From Gammaproteobacteria bacterium (lineage in GTDB: Bacteria; Pseudomonadota; Gammaproteobacteria; SZUA-229): a stretch of 64,000 bases of DNA. Both the position numbers and the translations under genes were made by a program. The stretch lies in the NCBI GenBank assembly GCA_029882215.1, contig JAOULC010000015.1, positions 1,399 through 65,398 of the forward strand. The letters are read 5' to 3'. The notes beneath the pieces were generated by a model. The model was not told the DNA's origin. It saw nothing but the letters and a program-made list of their open reading frames with translations, and ran no database searches. Positions 26,763-36,991 of this stretch are shown one piece after another (within the stretch, counting starts at the first letter, position 1; every line of letters starts with the position of its first letter).

Positions 26763-28229
26763 GTGAGCACTACAAATACCCAACAGCAATTAATCAACGC
26801 ATTTAGCACTGTGCTACCTGCCGACGCTGTACTTTACAATGCCGAAGACCTGCACCCGTATGAATGTGACGGACTGTCTGCTTTTCGTCAGATACCGCTG
26901 ATGGTTGTGCTACCGGAGACGGTTGAGCAAGTCCAGAGTATTATCAAAACCTGTCATCAGTTACAAGTGCCGGTGATTGCACGCGGTGCCGGTACCGGCC
27001 TTTCCGGTGGTGCCTTACCACTGTCTACCGGTGTACTGCTGAGCCTGGCAAAATTCAAACAAATACTTGATATCGACCCCTTAGCCCGCACGGCCAGAGT
27101 TCAGCCGGGCGTGCGCAATCTGGCAATTTCAGAAGCGGTAAAATCACACGGTCTTTATTATGCGCCCGACCCGTCATCACAAATTGCCTGCACAATTGGC
27201 GGCAACGTGGCGGAAAACTCCGGCGGCGTGCACTGCTTAAAATACGGTTTAACGGTTCATAACATCCTCAAACTGGACATTGTCACCATCGACGGTGAAT
27301 TACACAGCATCGGTAGTGATGCACTGGACAGTCCCGGCTATGATTTACTGGCTCTGATGACAGGCTCTGAAGGCATGCTCGGGGTGATTGTAGAAGTTAC
27401 TGTCAAACTGCTGCCAATACCGCAACAGGCTAAAGTCATCATGGCTTCCTTCGATGATGTCTATAAAGCCGGTAATGCGGTTGCCAGTATTATTTCTGCC
27501 GGCATTATTCCCGCTGGCCTGGAAATGATGGACAAGCTGGCCATTAAAGCCGCCGAAGATTTTATCCACGCCAATTACCCGCTGGATGCCGAAGCCATTT
27601 TACTATGTGAACTGGACGGCACCGAGATTGAAGTAAACGAAATGATTCCGCTGGCTGAAAAGGTATTGCGTGATAATGGCGCGACAGAAACCCGCTTAGC
27701 AAAAGATGATATTGAACGTGCCAAATTCTGGCAGGGCCGCAAATCAGCCTTCCCAGCCGTCGGCAGAATGTCACCGGATTATTATTGTATGGATGGCACC
27801 ATTCCAAAAAGCGAACTGGGCAACGTCCTGCAACAGATTGCCGATCTGTCAAAAGAATATAACCTGCCTGTGGCCAATGTATTCCACGCCGGTGACGGTA
27901 ATATGCACCCGCTGATTTTGTATGATGCAAACATTGAAGGCGAACTGGAACGCACCGAAGAATTTGGTGCCAAGATTCTCGAGGCCTGCGTGCAAGCCGG
28001 TGGCACGATTACCGGTGAACATGGCGTAGGCGTGGAAAAAATAGACTCCATGTGCGTGCAGTTTAAATCAGCTGAACTGTCGCAGTTCCATGCCATTAAA
28101 AAAGCCTTCGACCCGGATACATTACTCAACCCCGGAAAAGCTGTACCCACCTTACATCGCTGTGCCGAGCTCGGTGCCATGCATGTACATGACGGGAAAC
28201 TGCCACATCCTGAATTGCCACGTTTTTAA
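26763..28229 (+). CDS. glcD: Glycolate oxidase subunit GlcD (FAD-linked oxidase)
   Basis: 488 aa with a GTG start. It has an FAD-binding PCMH-type domain ('ARGAGTGLSGGALP') and a C-terminal 'GEHGVGVEK'. The glcE and glcF homologues follow it. Confidence 0.88.
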   Translation: MSTTNTQQQLINAFSTVLPADAVLYNAEDLHPYECDGLSAFRQIPLMVVLPETVEQVQSIIKTCHQLQVPVIARGAGTGLSGGALPLSTGVLLSLAKFKQILDIDPLARTARVQPGVRNLAISEAVKSHGLYYAPDPSSQIACTIGGNVAENSGGVHCLKYGLTVHNILKLDIVTIDGELHSIGSDALDSPGYDLLALMTGSEGMLGVIVEVTVKLLPIPQQAKVIMASFDDVYKAGNAVASIISAGIIPAGLEMMDKLAIKAAEDFIHANYPLDAEAILLCELDGTEIEVNEMIPLAEKVLRDNGATETRLAKDDIERAKFWQGRKSAFPAVGRMSPDYYCMDGTIPKSELGNVLQQIADLSKEYNLPVANVFHAGDGNMHPLILYDANIEGELERTEEFGAKILEACVQAGGTITGEHGVGVEKIDSMCVQFKSAELSQFHAIKKAFDPDTLLNPGKAVPTLHRCAELGAMHVHDGKLPHPELPRF

Positions 28230-28238
28230 GAAGTAGTT

Positions 28239-29309
28239 ATGACTGATCAAACTCAAGCATTACAAGAACAAATTACTGCGGCTTATGCAAACAAAACCGC
28301 CTGTCGTATTGAAGGTGGCAACAGCAAGCACTTTATCGGTAATCCCTCTGCAGGCGAACAGGTCAGCACAAAAAATCACACAGGTATTATCAGTTACGAT
28401 GCCAGTGAACTGGTGCTTACTGCCCGCAGCGGCACCACGCTAAAGGAAATCAGCGCAGCACTGGCCGTCAATAACCAGAGCCTGCCATTTGAACCACCTG
28501 CATTTTCCGAGCATGCAACCATAGGCGGCACCATTGCCTGTAACTTATCCGGTCCGGCCCGTGCCTACAGCGGCGCTGCCCGTGACTTTGTTCTGGGAAC
28601 CCGCATTATTAACGGCAAGGGCGAAGTGCTGCAATTTGGTGGCCAGGTCATGAAAAACGTTGCCGGCTATGACGCTTCCCGGCTAATGGCCGGTGCTTAC
28701 GGCACACTGGGCTTACTGCTGGAGGTATCATTAAAAATACTGCCTAAAGCACAAACCGAGATCACAATCAAAAGTCAACAGAGTGCAGATGCAGCCATTA
28801 ACATCATCAATCAGTTAGCCGGTAAGTACCTGCCGATCAGTGCCAGCTGTTATTTTGATGAGCATCTTTATATTCGACTGAACAGTAGCCAGCAAAACTG
28901 TGAAGCGGCCAGCCAAATGATTTGCCAGCAAATCACGGCCCAGCCGATAGAGAGCAGTGCGGAGCTCTGGCAGCAAATACTTGAGCAGCAACATGTGTTT
29001 TTCGATACTGACCAGCCGGTTGCCCGTATTTCATTACCGGCGACCAGTCAGCACATTGCCATTACCGGTGAGCAGTTAATTGAATGGGGCGGCGCTTTGC
29101 GCTGGCTGAAAACAGACCAGCCGATTGAGCAGCTCCGGCAGACTGTACAGGCACTGGGCGGTCATGTTTCTGCTTATAAAAATTATCCTGCAGACACAGA
29201 ATATTTCCAGCCACTGGCAAGCGGTATCAGCATTCTGCATAAGGGACTAAAAAACGCCTTCGACCCTGCCGGTATTTTAAACCCGGGCCGCTTGTATAAA
29301 GAGTTATAA
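28239..29309 (+). CDS. glcE: Glycolate oxidase FAD-binding subunit GlcE
   Basis: 356 aa with an FAD_binding_4-like domain, starting 9 nt after glcD. The C-terminal 'LKNAFDPAGILNPGR' is typical. Confidence 0.85.
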   Translation: MTDQTQALQEQITAAYANKTACRIEGGNSKHFIGNPSAGEQVSTKNHTGIISYDASELVLTARSGTTLKEISAALAVNNQSLPFEPPAFSEHATIGGTIACNLSGPARAYSGAARDFVLGTRIINGKGEVLQFGGQVMKNVAGYDASRLMAGAYGTLGLLLEVSLKILPKAQTEITIKSQQSADAAINIINQLAGKYLPISASCYFDEHLYIRLNSSQQNCEAASQMICQQITAQPIESSAELWQQILEQQHVFFDTDQPVARISLPATSQHIAITGEQLIEWGGALRWLKTDQPIEQLRQTVQALGGHVSAYKNYPADTEYFQPLASGISILHKGLKNAFDPAGILNPGRLYKEL

Positions 29310-29313
29310 CACC

Positions 29314-30522
29314 ATGCAAACTAAAATCAGTCATAAATATAGTCAGTCTTTACTAGGTCAGCGCGCAGAAGAAATCCTGCGCAGCTGTGTACACTGTGGT
29401 TTTTGTACAGCAACCTGCCCGACCTACCAGTTATTAGGTGATGAACTTGACTCTCCGCGTGGCCGCATTTATCTCATCAAGCAAATGCTCGAAGGCAATG
29501 AAGTCACAGAAAAGACTCAGCAACATCTTGATCGCTGTCTGGTGTGCCGCTCGTGTGAGACCACCTGCCCCTCCGGTGTTGAGTATTCCCGTTTGCTCGA
29601 AATCGGCAAACACCTGGTCGATGATGAAATCAAACGACCACTGTTTACAAACATACAGCGCAGTCTGTTACGTTTTGTTTTACCCTATCCAAAACGCTTC
29701 TCTACCGCGATGTTTTTCGGTCGGTTATTTAAGCCTTTATTGCCTGCAAAATTAAAACACAGCATTCCCGACATTAGCGGCAATACGGTCTGGAGCACAG
29801 CAACACAAGCGCGCAAAATGCTGATTCTAAATGGCTGCGTACAGCCCTCACTCAGCCCTTCTATTAACGCCGCAACATCCCGCGTTCTGAACAAACTGGG
29901 CATCGAATTAATTAACAAGTCACTGGCTCAATGCTGTGGCGCGGTTAATCAGCACATGAACGATGAACCCACCGCACACGTTTTTATCAAGCAGAACATT
30001 GATCAGTGGTTTCCTTTAATCGACTCCGGTGAAGCCGAAGCCATTGTCATTACCGCCAGCGGCTGCGGAGCCATGGTAAAAGAATACGCCTACATTTTGC
30101 GTGATGATGCGGACTATGCTGAAAAAGCCCGCATTATTAGCCAGCATTGCAAAGATATTTCTGAGATCATTGCCCAGGAAGATTTGAGCAAGCTGACCAT
30201 TAGCGCCGATAAAAATATTTCTTTCCACTCGCCCTGTACACTGCAGCATGCACAGAAATTAAACGGCGTGGTTGAAGGTATTTTATCCGCAGCCGGTTTT
30301 AACTTAAATGTGATTAAAGACTCGCACCTGTGTTGTGGCTCAGCCGGAACCTATTCCATTTTGCAGCCTGAAATCAGCCAGCAACTAAAGCACAATAAAT
30401 TACAATCACTGCAACAAAATAAGCCTGAACTGATCGCCACAGCCAATATTGGCTGCCTGCACCATCTGGCCGGTGATGCCAGTGTAGAAGTTAAACACTG
30501 GATTGAGCTACTCGACCAGTAG
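29314..30522 (+). CDS. glcF: Glycolate oxidase iron-sulfur subunit GlcF
   Basis: 402 aa with two ferredoxin-type motifs ('CVHCGFCTATCPTY', 'CLVCRSCETTCPSG') followed by CCG-type Cys-rich domains. It starts 4 nt after glcE. Confidence 0.88.
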   Translation: MQTKISHKYSQSLLGQRAEEILRSCVHCGFCTATCPTYQLLGDELDSPRGRIYLIKQMLEGNEVTEKTQQHLDRCLVCRSCETTCPSGVEYSRLLEIGKHLVDDEIKRPLFTNIQRSLLRFVLPYPKRFSTAMFFGRLFKPLLPAKLKHSIPDISGNTVWSTATQARKMLILNGCVQPSLSPSINAATSRVLNKLGIELINKSLAQCCGAVNQHMNDEPTAHVFIKQNIDQWFPLIDSGEAEAIVITASGCGAMVKEYAYILRDDADYAEKARIISQHCKDISEIIAQEDLSKLTISADKNISFHSPCTLQHAQKLNGVVEGILSAAGFNLNVIKDSHLCCGSAGTYSILQPEISQQLKHNKLQSLQQNKPELIATANIGCLHHLAGDASVEVKHWIELLDQ

Positions 30523-30747
30523 ACTTAACTGCTTTACAGAGCTGCACGGCAGGATGGTTCGACCGTGACTTTCCTGCCGCATACCCGAACTCAGCAACAC
30601 TCGGCACACCTCACACAGCCGGATACCTAGCGTACTTCCGGCCTGCATCAGCATGTCTCTGCCCCGGCTTTTGACGATTGACTTCATAGTTAACTAATCT
30701 TTGATATAATCGCTTCATTAACACCTCAGCAACCCGGAAAAAACATC

Positions 30748-31518
30748 ATGCTAATCGTTGTATCGCCTGCTAAAAAACTGGATTACGACACACCGGCAAA
30801 AACTAAAACCAGTACCATGCCAGACTTCCTTAATCATTCTCAGATTTTGATTGACCGCCTGCGCCAGTTTTCCGCACTCGATATCGCCGAGCTCATGCAC
30901 CTCAGCATGAAATTAGCTGAACTTAACTTCGACCGCTATGAACAATGGTCTCTGCCATTGACCACTGACAATGCCAAACAAGCCATTCTGGCTTTCAAAG
31001 GAGATGTGTATACCGGCCTGGATGCAGAATCATTCTCGGCTGCTGATATGAAATTTGCCCAAAAGCACTTCCGCATGTTGTCCGGCTTATACGGCTTATT
31101 ACGCCCGCTTGATTTAATGTTCCCCTACCGTTTAGAAATGGGAACTAAGCTTGATAACGAACGAGGTAAAAACCTCTATGAGTTCTGGGGCAGCATTATT
31201 ACTGATGCACTCAACCAGCAATTAAAAGCCAGCAAATCCGCGTATTTAATTAACCTCGCATCCAATGAGTACTTTAAAGCCGTTAAAACAAAAGAGGTCA
31301 AGGCAGATATTATTACCCCCGCTTTCAAAGAATATAAAAACGGTGAGTACAAGATGATTGGTATTTATGCCAAACGTGCCCGTGGTTTGTTAAGTCGCTA
31401 TATTATCCAGAACCAGTTAACAGACCCGCAAGACATTAAAAACTTTGATACTGAAGGTTACAAATATAATAAAGCACTCAGCTCCGCTAACAACTGGGTA
31501 TTCACCAGAAAACCATAG
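30748..31518 (+). CDS. yaaA: Peroxide stress protein YaaA (UPF0246/DUF328)
   Basis: 256 aa. 'MLIVVSPAKKLDYD' and 'LSGLYGLLRPLDLMFPYRLEM' are hallmark YaaA blocks. Confidence 0.9.
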   Translation: MLIVVSPAKKLDYDTPAKTKTSTMPDFLNHSQILIDRLRQFSALDIAELMHLSMKLAELNFDRYEQWSLPLTTDNAKQAILAFKGDVYTGLDAESFSAADMKFAQKHFRMLSGLYGLLRPLDLMFPYRLEMGTKLDNERGKNLYEFWGSIITDALNQQLKASKSAYLINLASNEYFKAVKTKEVKADIITPAFKEYKNGEYKMIGIYAKRARGLLSRYIIQNQLTDPQDIKNFDTEGYKYNKALSSANNWVFTRKP

Positions 31519-31613
31519 CCTGTGGTACGTGTAACAAACTATGCATCAAAACAACTGGCGGCGCACATATATACGGAACGTAAAACCTGTAGCAAGCCAT
31601 TTTTCATCTGACG

Positions 31614-34301
31614 TTGAAAGAGCCATATATATTTATGCTAAATCAGTTTGCCAGCACTGTTCAACAAAATGAGTTTGGTTTTTATCTGCTGATTCTTTTC
31701 TGCAGCTTATGCTTTTTTTATCTGTGGGAGCAAATCAGCCCCGAGCGGACGTTCACTCAAAGCAAAAAAAAACGCTGGCTTAGCAACACAGGCCTGCTAT
31801 GCAGTAATATTTTACTGCTACTCATGCCTGTCACCATTATTGCTGCCAGCTATTTCACAACACAGCAACAGGTTGGTCTGCTCTATCATTTACAACTGCC
31901 GTTTTATTTACTCCTGATAATTGGTTTTCTGCTGCTGGATTTTAGCAGCTATCTGCAACACACACTTTTACATGCGCTTCCCCTGTTGTGGCGAGCACAC
32001 CGTGTTCATCACACAGACATGGATTTAGACATCAGTACCGGCCTGCGTTTTCACCCATTTGAAGCATTACTGAGCAGCCTGCTGACCTTAGCCATTGTTA
32101 TTCTTTTTGGTCTGCCGCTGTTAAGCGTCATTTTGTACGAGGTAGTGCGATATATTATGCTGCTTTTTACTCATTCAAATATTCACATCAATCATACGAC
32201 TGAGAAAATATTACGATTTTTTATTGTCACTCCCAGTATGCATCGCCTGCATCACTCAAATTTTGACGATGAAACGAACAGTAATTTCTCATTAAACTTA
32301 TCCCTTTGGGACCGGCTTTTTAATACCTATAAAGCCGCTTCAACTAATGGCTCACCCAATATTGTTTTTGGCCTCAAGCTATACAATGAAGATAAATGTC
32401 AGCGTTTTTTCAGCTTACTTAAACTGCCTTTTATGCCATCTACCCGGCACCATATAAAAAATCTGCGTGAACCTGATTCTGCCGGTGAAATCACTTACTT
32501 AAAAGCAATCATCAACAAACAATCTGAGGTATTTAGAGAAACCTATAAAAATGTTAACCAAATAAATCATGAGTTAGATAGTGCCGCGTTACATCTCTCT
32601 GATAGCGAAAACTTTCAGAACACTTTGATTACAACCATGATTGACAGTGTTATTACCAGTAACAGTAACGGTATTATTCTTTCATTCAACCCGGCGGCTG
32701 AGAAAATTTTCGGCTACCAGGCCACTGAAGTTATCGGCACAAGCATCAATATGCTAATGCCCGCTGAAGCCGCCAGCAAGCATGACCAGCATTTTAATGA
32801 GCACGACACTGCAGATAATAAAGTAATAGGTATCAGCAGAGAAATTCATGGCCGGCACAAAGACGGTAGCATATTTCCAATTGATATTTCTATTAGTAGT
32901 ACAAACAAAAATGAACAGCAGGTATTTACAGCTGTTCTGCGTGATATAAGCGCCCGTATTAAAGCCAGGGCCCAGCTAAAGGCACAGAAAGAGCAGCTAG
33001 AGAATATTCTCGGTAATACTGCTGATGTGTACATAACCATTAATCAGCAATGGACCATCACATACGCAAACCCGGCATGCATTGAGGTACTGGATATAAA
33101 CCCAGCAACGGTCGTTGGTCTGGATCTGCATGAATCCCTGCCAGATATTATCAGCATGTTCTATAAAATCTTAAGAGCCACACTGAATAGTCGTAAAGCG
33201 CACCATAATTCGGTTTTATACGGTCCGACCATGAAATATCTTGACGCACATGCCTATCCATCGACTGAAGGTATCATACTTCAGCTTCGCGACATCACAG
33301 AGACAAAACAAGCCGCTGAATACTTAAGACTCGCCTATGAAAAGGAAATCATTCAAAACGAAAAACTAAAGCACGTCGCTCAACTCACCAGCTATAAACA
33401 GGCCATCGATGAACATGCCATCGTATCGGTTACTGACGCCCGCGGAATTATCATTGATGTCAACCGTAAGTTTTGTGAAGTCAGTGGTTATACAGCTGAA
33501 GAACTACTGGGCAAAGACCATAGAATTGTAAACTCAGGCATGCACACTAAAGTTTTTTTTGCCGATTTATGGCAGACCATCTCCAGTGGAAAAAAATGGC
33601 ATCAGGAAGTGTGCAACAAGGCAAAGGACGGAACGTTATACTGGGTTGATAGCGCCATCGTCCCGCTCAAAGACCAGCAGGGAAACATCGAGCGCTATAT
33701 TTCTGTACGCATTGATATTACTGAGCGCAAACACCAGGAAGCAGAAATTAATAAAGCACTCAGCGATCTTTCAGTAGCCAATAAGATACTTGAAAAAATC
33801 AGCCTGATAGATGGTTTAACGCAGATTGCAAACCGCCGTTGTTTTGATGAAACACTTAATAGCGAGATCTCAAGAATAAACCGGGTAAAAGCACCGTTAT
33901 CACTTCTTATTTGCGATATTGATTATTTTAAAACATACAATGATAGCTATGGCCATCAGGCAGGTGACCACTGCCTGCAACAGGTTGCCCAGTCCATTCA
34001 GTCCAGTTTCTTACGTGCCGGTGATCTGGTTGCGCGTTATGGTGGTGAAGAATTTGCCGTCATACTACCTAACACCGATCAAATAACAGCGCTAAAACTG
34101 GCAGAAAATATGCACAGCAAACTGCTCAGCTTAGAGCTAGAGCACAAAGCATCTGCTGCAAAGATTGTGACACTGAGTACAGGTGTGACAACCACAACAG
34201 CGGACAAAGAATGCAGCGCCAGCGCTTTAATCAGCAAAGCTGATCAGGCACTCTATCAGGCAAAAGAAAATGGCAGAAATAACGTACAATACTTAGAATA
34301 A
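31614..34301 (+). CDS. Membrane fatty-acid-hydroxylase/sterol-desaturase-like domain fused to PAS domains and a GGDEF diguanylate cyclase
   Basis: 895 aa. The ORF opens with TTG at 31614; the first ATG is at 31635. The N-terminal TM region carries His boxes 'HRVHH', 'HSNIH' and 'HRLHHS'. It has about three PAS/PAC modules. The GGDEF domain has an intact 'GGEEF' (34041-34055). Confidence 0.85.
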   Translation: MKEPYIFMLNQFASTVQQNEFGFYLLILFCSLCFFYLWEQISPERTFTQSKKKRWLSNTGLLCSNILLLLMPVTIIAASYFTTQQQVGLLYHLQLPFYLLLIIGFLLLDFSSYLQHTLLHALPLLWRAHRVHHTDMDLDISTGLRFHPFEALLSSLLTLAIVILFGLPLLSVILYEVVRYIMLLFTHSNIHINHTTEKILRFFIVTPSMHRLHHSNFDDETNSNFSLNLSLWDRLFNTYKAASTNGSPNIVFGLKLYNEDKCQRFFSLLKLPFMPSTRHHIKNLREPDSAGEITYLKAIINKQSEVFRETYKNVNQINHELDSAALHLSDSENFQNTLITTMIDSVITSNSNGIILSFNPAAEKIFGYQATEVIGTSINMLMPAEAASKHDQHFNEHDTADNKVIGISREIHGRHKDGSIFPIDISISSTNKNEQQVFTAVLRDISARIKARAQLKAQKEQLENILGNTADVYITINQQWTITYANPACIEVLDINPATVVGLDLHESLPDIISMFYKILRATLNSRKAHHNSVLYGPTMKYLDAHAYPSTEGIILQLRDITETKQAAEYLRLAYEKEIIQNEKLKHVAQLTSYKQAIDEHAIVSVTDARGIIIDVNRKFCEVSGYTAEELLGKDHRIVNSGMHTKVFFADLWQTISSGKKWHQEVCNKAKDGTLYWVDSAIVPLKDQQGNIERYISVRIDITERKHQEAEINKALSDLSVANKILEKISLIDGLTQIANRRCFDETLNSEISRINRVKAPLSLLICDIDYFKTYNDSYGHQAGDHCLQQVAQSIQSSFLRAGDLVARYGGEEFAVILPNTDQITALKLAENMHSKLLSLELEHKASAAKIVTLSTGVTTTTADKECSASALISKADQALYQAKENGRNNVQYLE

Positions 34302-34440
34302 ATTCAAGCTATTTCACTGATGCCTAGGGTAGCTGCTGCCAGACTCCTCCGCTAATGACCGCATCACACCAGATATTATTTTCTGGCTTTCCTGAAAGCT
34401 TATTTAACCGCTTACTTAATATTTGAAGGGGCTCTGTACT

Positions 34441-35130
34441 CTATAGGAAGGAGTTCAGACGACATTTACTGTCATCACAATATTTTGCCAGCATGGCTAA
34501 AAATAGTTCCGCCGTGGCAACCGCATCTTCCAGCGCGTTATGCGCTTTATATCGTGGCAATCCGTAGGCTTTTCTGATATTAAATAAGCGCAGCTGTCCG
34601 GACTTGAATCCGGCGTGTCGTCGTGCCAGCCGGTTTTTTTCCAGCAACATGGTATCGACGACTCTGACCGGCAGATGATAGCCGTAATATTTAAGACATG
34701 CCGCATTAAGAAAACCCAGTTCTATATCGGCATGATGCGCCAGTAAAACCTTACCCGACATTTTCACTAGCAGCTCATCCAGCGCCTGTTGTAACTCGAC
34801 ACCCTGCTCTGCTTCCGTATCAGTGATCTGATGGATCGCTACATTTTCACTGTGCAGATTATGCTCCTGCCTGACAAGCAGATAACCGCTTTCTTTTAAC
34901 ACGACACGGTTGTCTCGTATGACCGTGTAGCCAACACTTAAAATATTATCTTTAGCCGGACTCAGGCCTGTGGTTTCAAAATCTACCGCAATAAATGCTG
35001 TATTGATTATTTCATCCCGTCTGCCGGGAACTTTAAGTTTTAAATATTCTTTAAATGCACCATCACTGACTTTTCCGGCTAAAATTTTGCGAACCAGATC
35101 TCTGGGAAAAAGTTTATAAAGAACACTCAT
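34441..35130 (-). CDS. DnaQ-like (DEDDh) 3'-5' exonuclease
   Basis: 229 aa with Exo motifs 'AVDFETTGL', 'LLAHHADIELGFL' and 'HNALEDAVATAELF'. Its start overlaps the stop of the upstream DUF294 gene (TAATG). Confidence 0.85.
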   Translation of the reverse strand: MSVLYKLFPRDLVRKILAGKVSDGAFKEYLKLKVPGRRDEIINTAFIAVDFETTGLSPAKDNILSVGYTVIRDNRVVLKESGYLLVRQEHNLHSENVAIHQITDTEAEQGVELQQALDELLVKMSGKVLLAHHADIELGFLNAACLKYYGYHLPVRVVDTMLLEKNRLARRHAGFKSGQLRLFNIRKAYGLPRYKAHNALEDAVATAELFLAMLAKYCDDSKCRLNSFL

Positions 35131-36974
35131 TAATAACGCTGCTCCATAACACCCTGCATCACACGCACCACATCAAAGGCATCTTTTAAATGCCTTCTCT
35201 CCAGCGGAGATAATATTTCAGGCGAAACATAATTATCCACGTCACTGCCTTTTCTTGTTTGCAGTGTCTGATGCTGCAGGCGTACCGTCGCTATGAATTC
35301 TAATGCATCTTTTAAATCGCTCATGCCTTCTTCACTGAGCACCCCGGCTTCAACCGCTGCTTCCAGCCGGTCCTGCGTATTGATATCAGCAATACCCGCC
35401 GATAAGGCAAAGACTCGTGCCAGATCTGTAATCGGCACCACACCTCTTTTTTTCATATTCAGTGCTTTATGCTCATGACCGTTATCTTCCATCACAAAAT
35501 GTCTGAACAGGCCAATTGGTGGTTTAAATTTTAATGCGTTTACTGTTAACAGACTAAGAAATATTGAGTTACCTTTTGTTTTAAGCAGCATATCCTCGGT
35601 AACTTCCTGCAACAATGATTCATCACCAAAGACACAGCGTAAGTCAAAAAATATACTGGCGTACATCAGCGCCATTGGTTCCGGTTCATTAATCCACTGA
35701 TCAAAATATTGTTTCCATACTTTTTGTGGCTGACGCCATTTAGTATTGGTCGCCATTACATTACCGGGGCAATATACATAGCCACATTCATTTAAACCAT
35801 CACAGACTATCTGGCTTAGCTTTTCAAAATACTGACCGTGTTTTTCTTCTTCATAGTCATCTGAAAGGATCAGACCATTATCCTGATCCGAGACAGCAGT
35901 CTGTTCATTTCTTGCCATTGAACCGGCGATAATCCAGGCAAATTTTATCGGTGCCTCCCCAAGCTCACCCTGCGCCAGCTTAATAATGCGCTGCATAATG
36001 GCCACACCAACCGAACTGATCAGATTACCAATATCATAGGCAGCCAGACTATTATCAACCAGACTCACCAAGGTGTTCGGAATTTGCTGTGCCAGCGAAA
36101 CCAGTTCGGCTAAATCATCGGCGCGGTGTATTTCATTGATCAGATAGATTGAATTATGACTTTGCTGACGAATTAAATCCGTTGCTGTTACAACCCCTTT
36201 AACTTCATCGTTATGTACCACCGGGATATGCCTGATATTATATTGCGCCATCATTAGCAGCGCCTCCGATCCCGGATGACCGGCATCTATCGTCATTGGG
36301 TTTAATGTCATGATCTCACTGATATTTTTATCAGCCGATAAATCTTTTGCGATCACTTTTGTACAATAAGCGCGGTCCGTCACTATGCCTTTTAACTTTC
36401 CCTGCCTCATCACCAGCGCCACCGTGTAACCGGCTTCACTCATCGCTTGTGCAACCTGTCGTATGCTGTCTGTTTCCTGCACCAGCAGTGGTTTACCATG
36501 AACAAGATTCTGCACCGGTGTTGTCACAAGAACGGTATCACCGCTGCTGCGTATATCCTGAATAGCACTGCGTAAACGCAGAGGCTTTTGCTGTGAGAAA
36601 TATTCTGCAATAAATTCATGCCGGTTCATCAGCTGCTTAAGCAGATTACCGGGCACTCTGTAAAGCAGTACATCTTCCGCTGCCTGTACCGACATGCTCA
36701 CTTCACCACTACCCAGCGCTGAGCGGTAACCAACCCACTCACCGGCAGAAAACTGGCCACTTAACTGGCCTTTACTATCATATACACTCAGCGCTCCTGA
36801 GCGTATTAAAAATACCGTGTAGTTATTATCACCGAGCTTAAGTAAGTCATCCCCCTTACGGCTGTAACTGATCTCCAGCGCGTGTACAACCTGATTTAAT
36901 TCCGTTGCTGGCAGTTTATTCAGTGGCGCGCACTGTGAAAGATAGTCGGCTATCTCAAGTTGTTCGATTTCCAT
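35130..36974 (-). CDS. Cyclic-nucleotide-binding plus tandem CBS plus DUF294 nucleotidyltransferase signal-transduction protein
   Basis: 614 aa. It has an N-terminal cNMP-binding-like fold and two CBS domains ('IMTLNPMTIDAG...IRHIPVV'). A nucleotidyltransferase core 'AGSMARNEQTAVSDQDNGLI' follows, then a DUF294_C-like helical tail. Confidence 0.8.
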   Translation of the reverse strand: MEIEQLEIADYLSQCAPLNKLPATELNQVVHALEISYSRKGDDLLKLGDNNYTVFLIRSGALSVYDSKGQLSGQFSAGEWVGYRSALGSGEVSMSVQAAEDVLLYRVPGNLLKQLMNRHEFIAEYFSQQKPLRLRSAIQDIRSSGDTVLVTTPVQNLVHGKPLLVQETDSIRQVAQAMSEAGYTVALVMRQGKLKGIVTDRAYCTKVIAKDLSADKNISEIMTLNPMTIDAGHPGSEALLMMAQYNIRHIPVVHNDEVKGVVTATDLIRQQSHNSIYLINEIHRADDLAELVSLAQQIPNTLVSLVDNSLAAYDIGNLISSVGVAIMQRIIKLAQGELGEAPIKFAWIIAGSMARNEQTAVSDQDNGLILSDDYEEEKHGQYFEKLSQIVCDGLNECGYVYCPGNVMATNTKWRQPQKVWKQYFDQWINEPEPMALMYASIFFDLRCVFGDESLLQEVTEDMLLKTKGNSIFLSLLTVNALKFKPPIGLFRHFVMEDNGHEHKALNMKKRGVVPITDLARVFALSAGIADINTQDRLEAAVEAGVLSEEGMSDLKDALEFIATVRLQHQTLQTRKGSDVDNYVSPEILSPLERRHLKDAFDVVRVMQGVMEQRY

Positions 36975-36991
36975 ACTAAAAAGCTTCGCTG

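Noticed and set aside
27782-28180. Long antisense or alternate-frame ORFs inside well-supported genes. Examples: 27562-27930 and 27782-28180 in glcD, 45006-45479 in the CPA2 antiporter gene, 40176-40586 in the aminotransferase gene, 57970-58416 in cmoA, 12012-12299 in moaA, and 1419-1814 in the DUF255 gene.
   Set aside because: Each lies wholly within a gene with strong family signatures on the other strand or frame. The translations are low-complexity (Ser/Pro/Arg/Cys-rich) with no recognisable motifs.
30547-30579. Hairpin cggcagga-N17-tcctgccg after glcF, and an extended -10-like 'tgatataat' (30702-30710) upstream of yaaA
   Set aside because: The hairpin has a long loop and no U tract. The candidate -35 (TTGACT at 30678) is 21 nt from the -10, so neither element is well supported.
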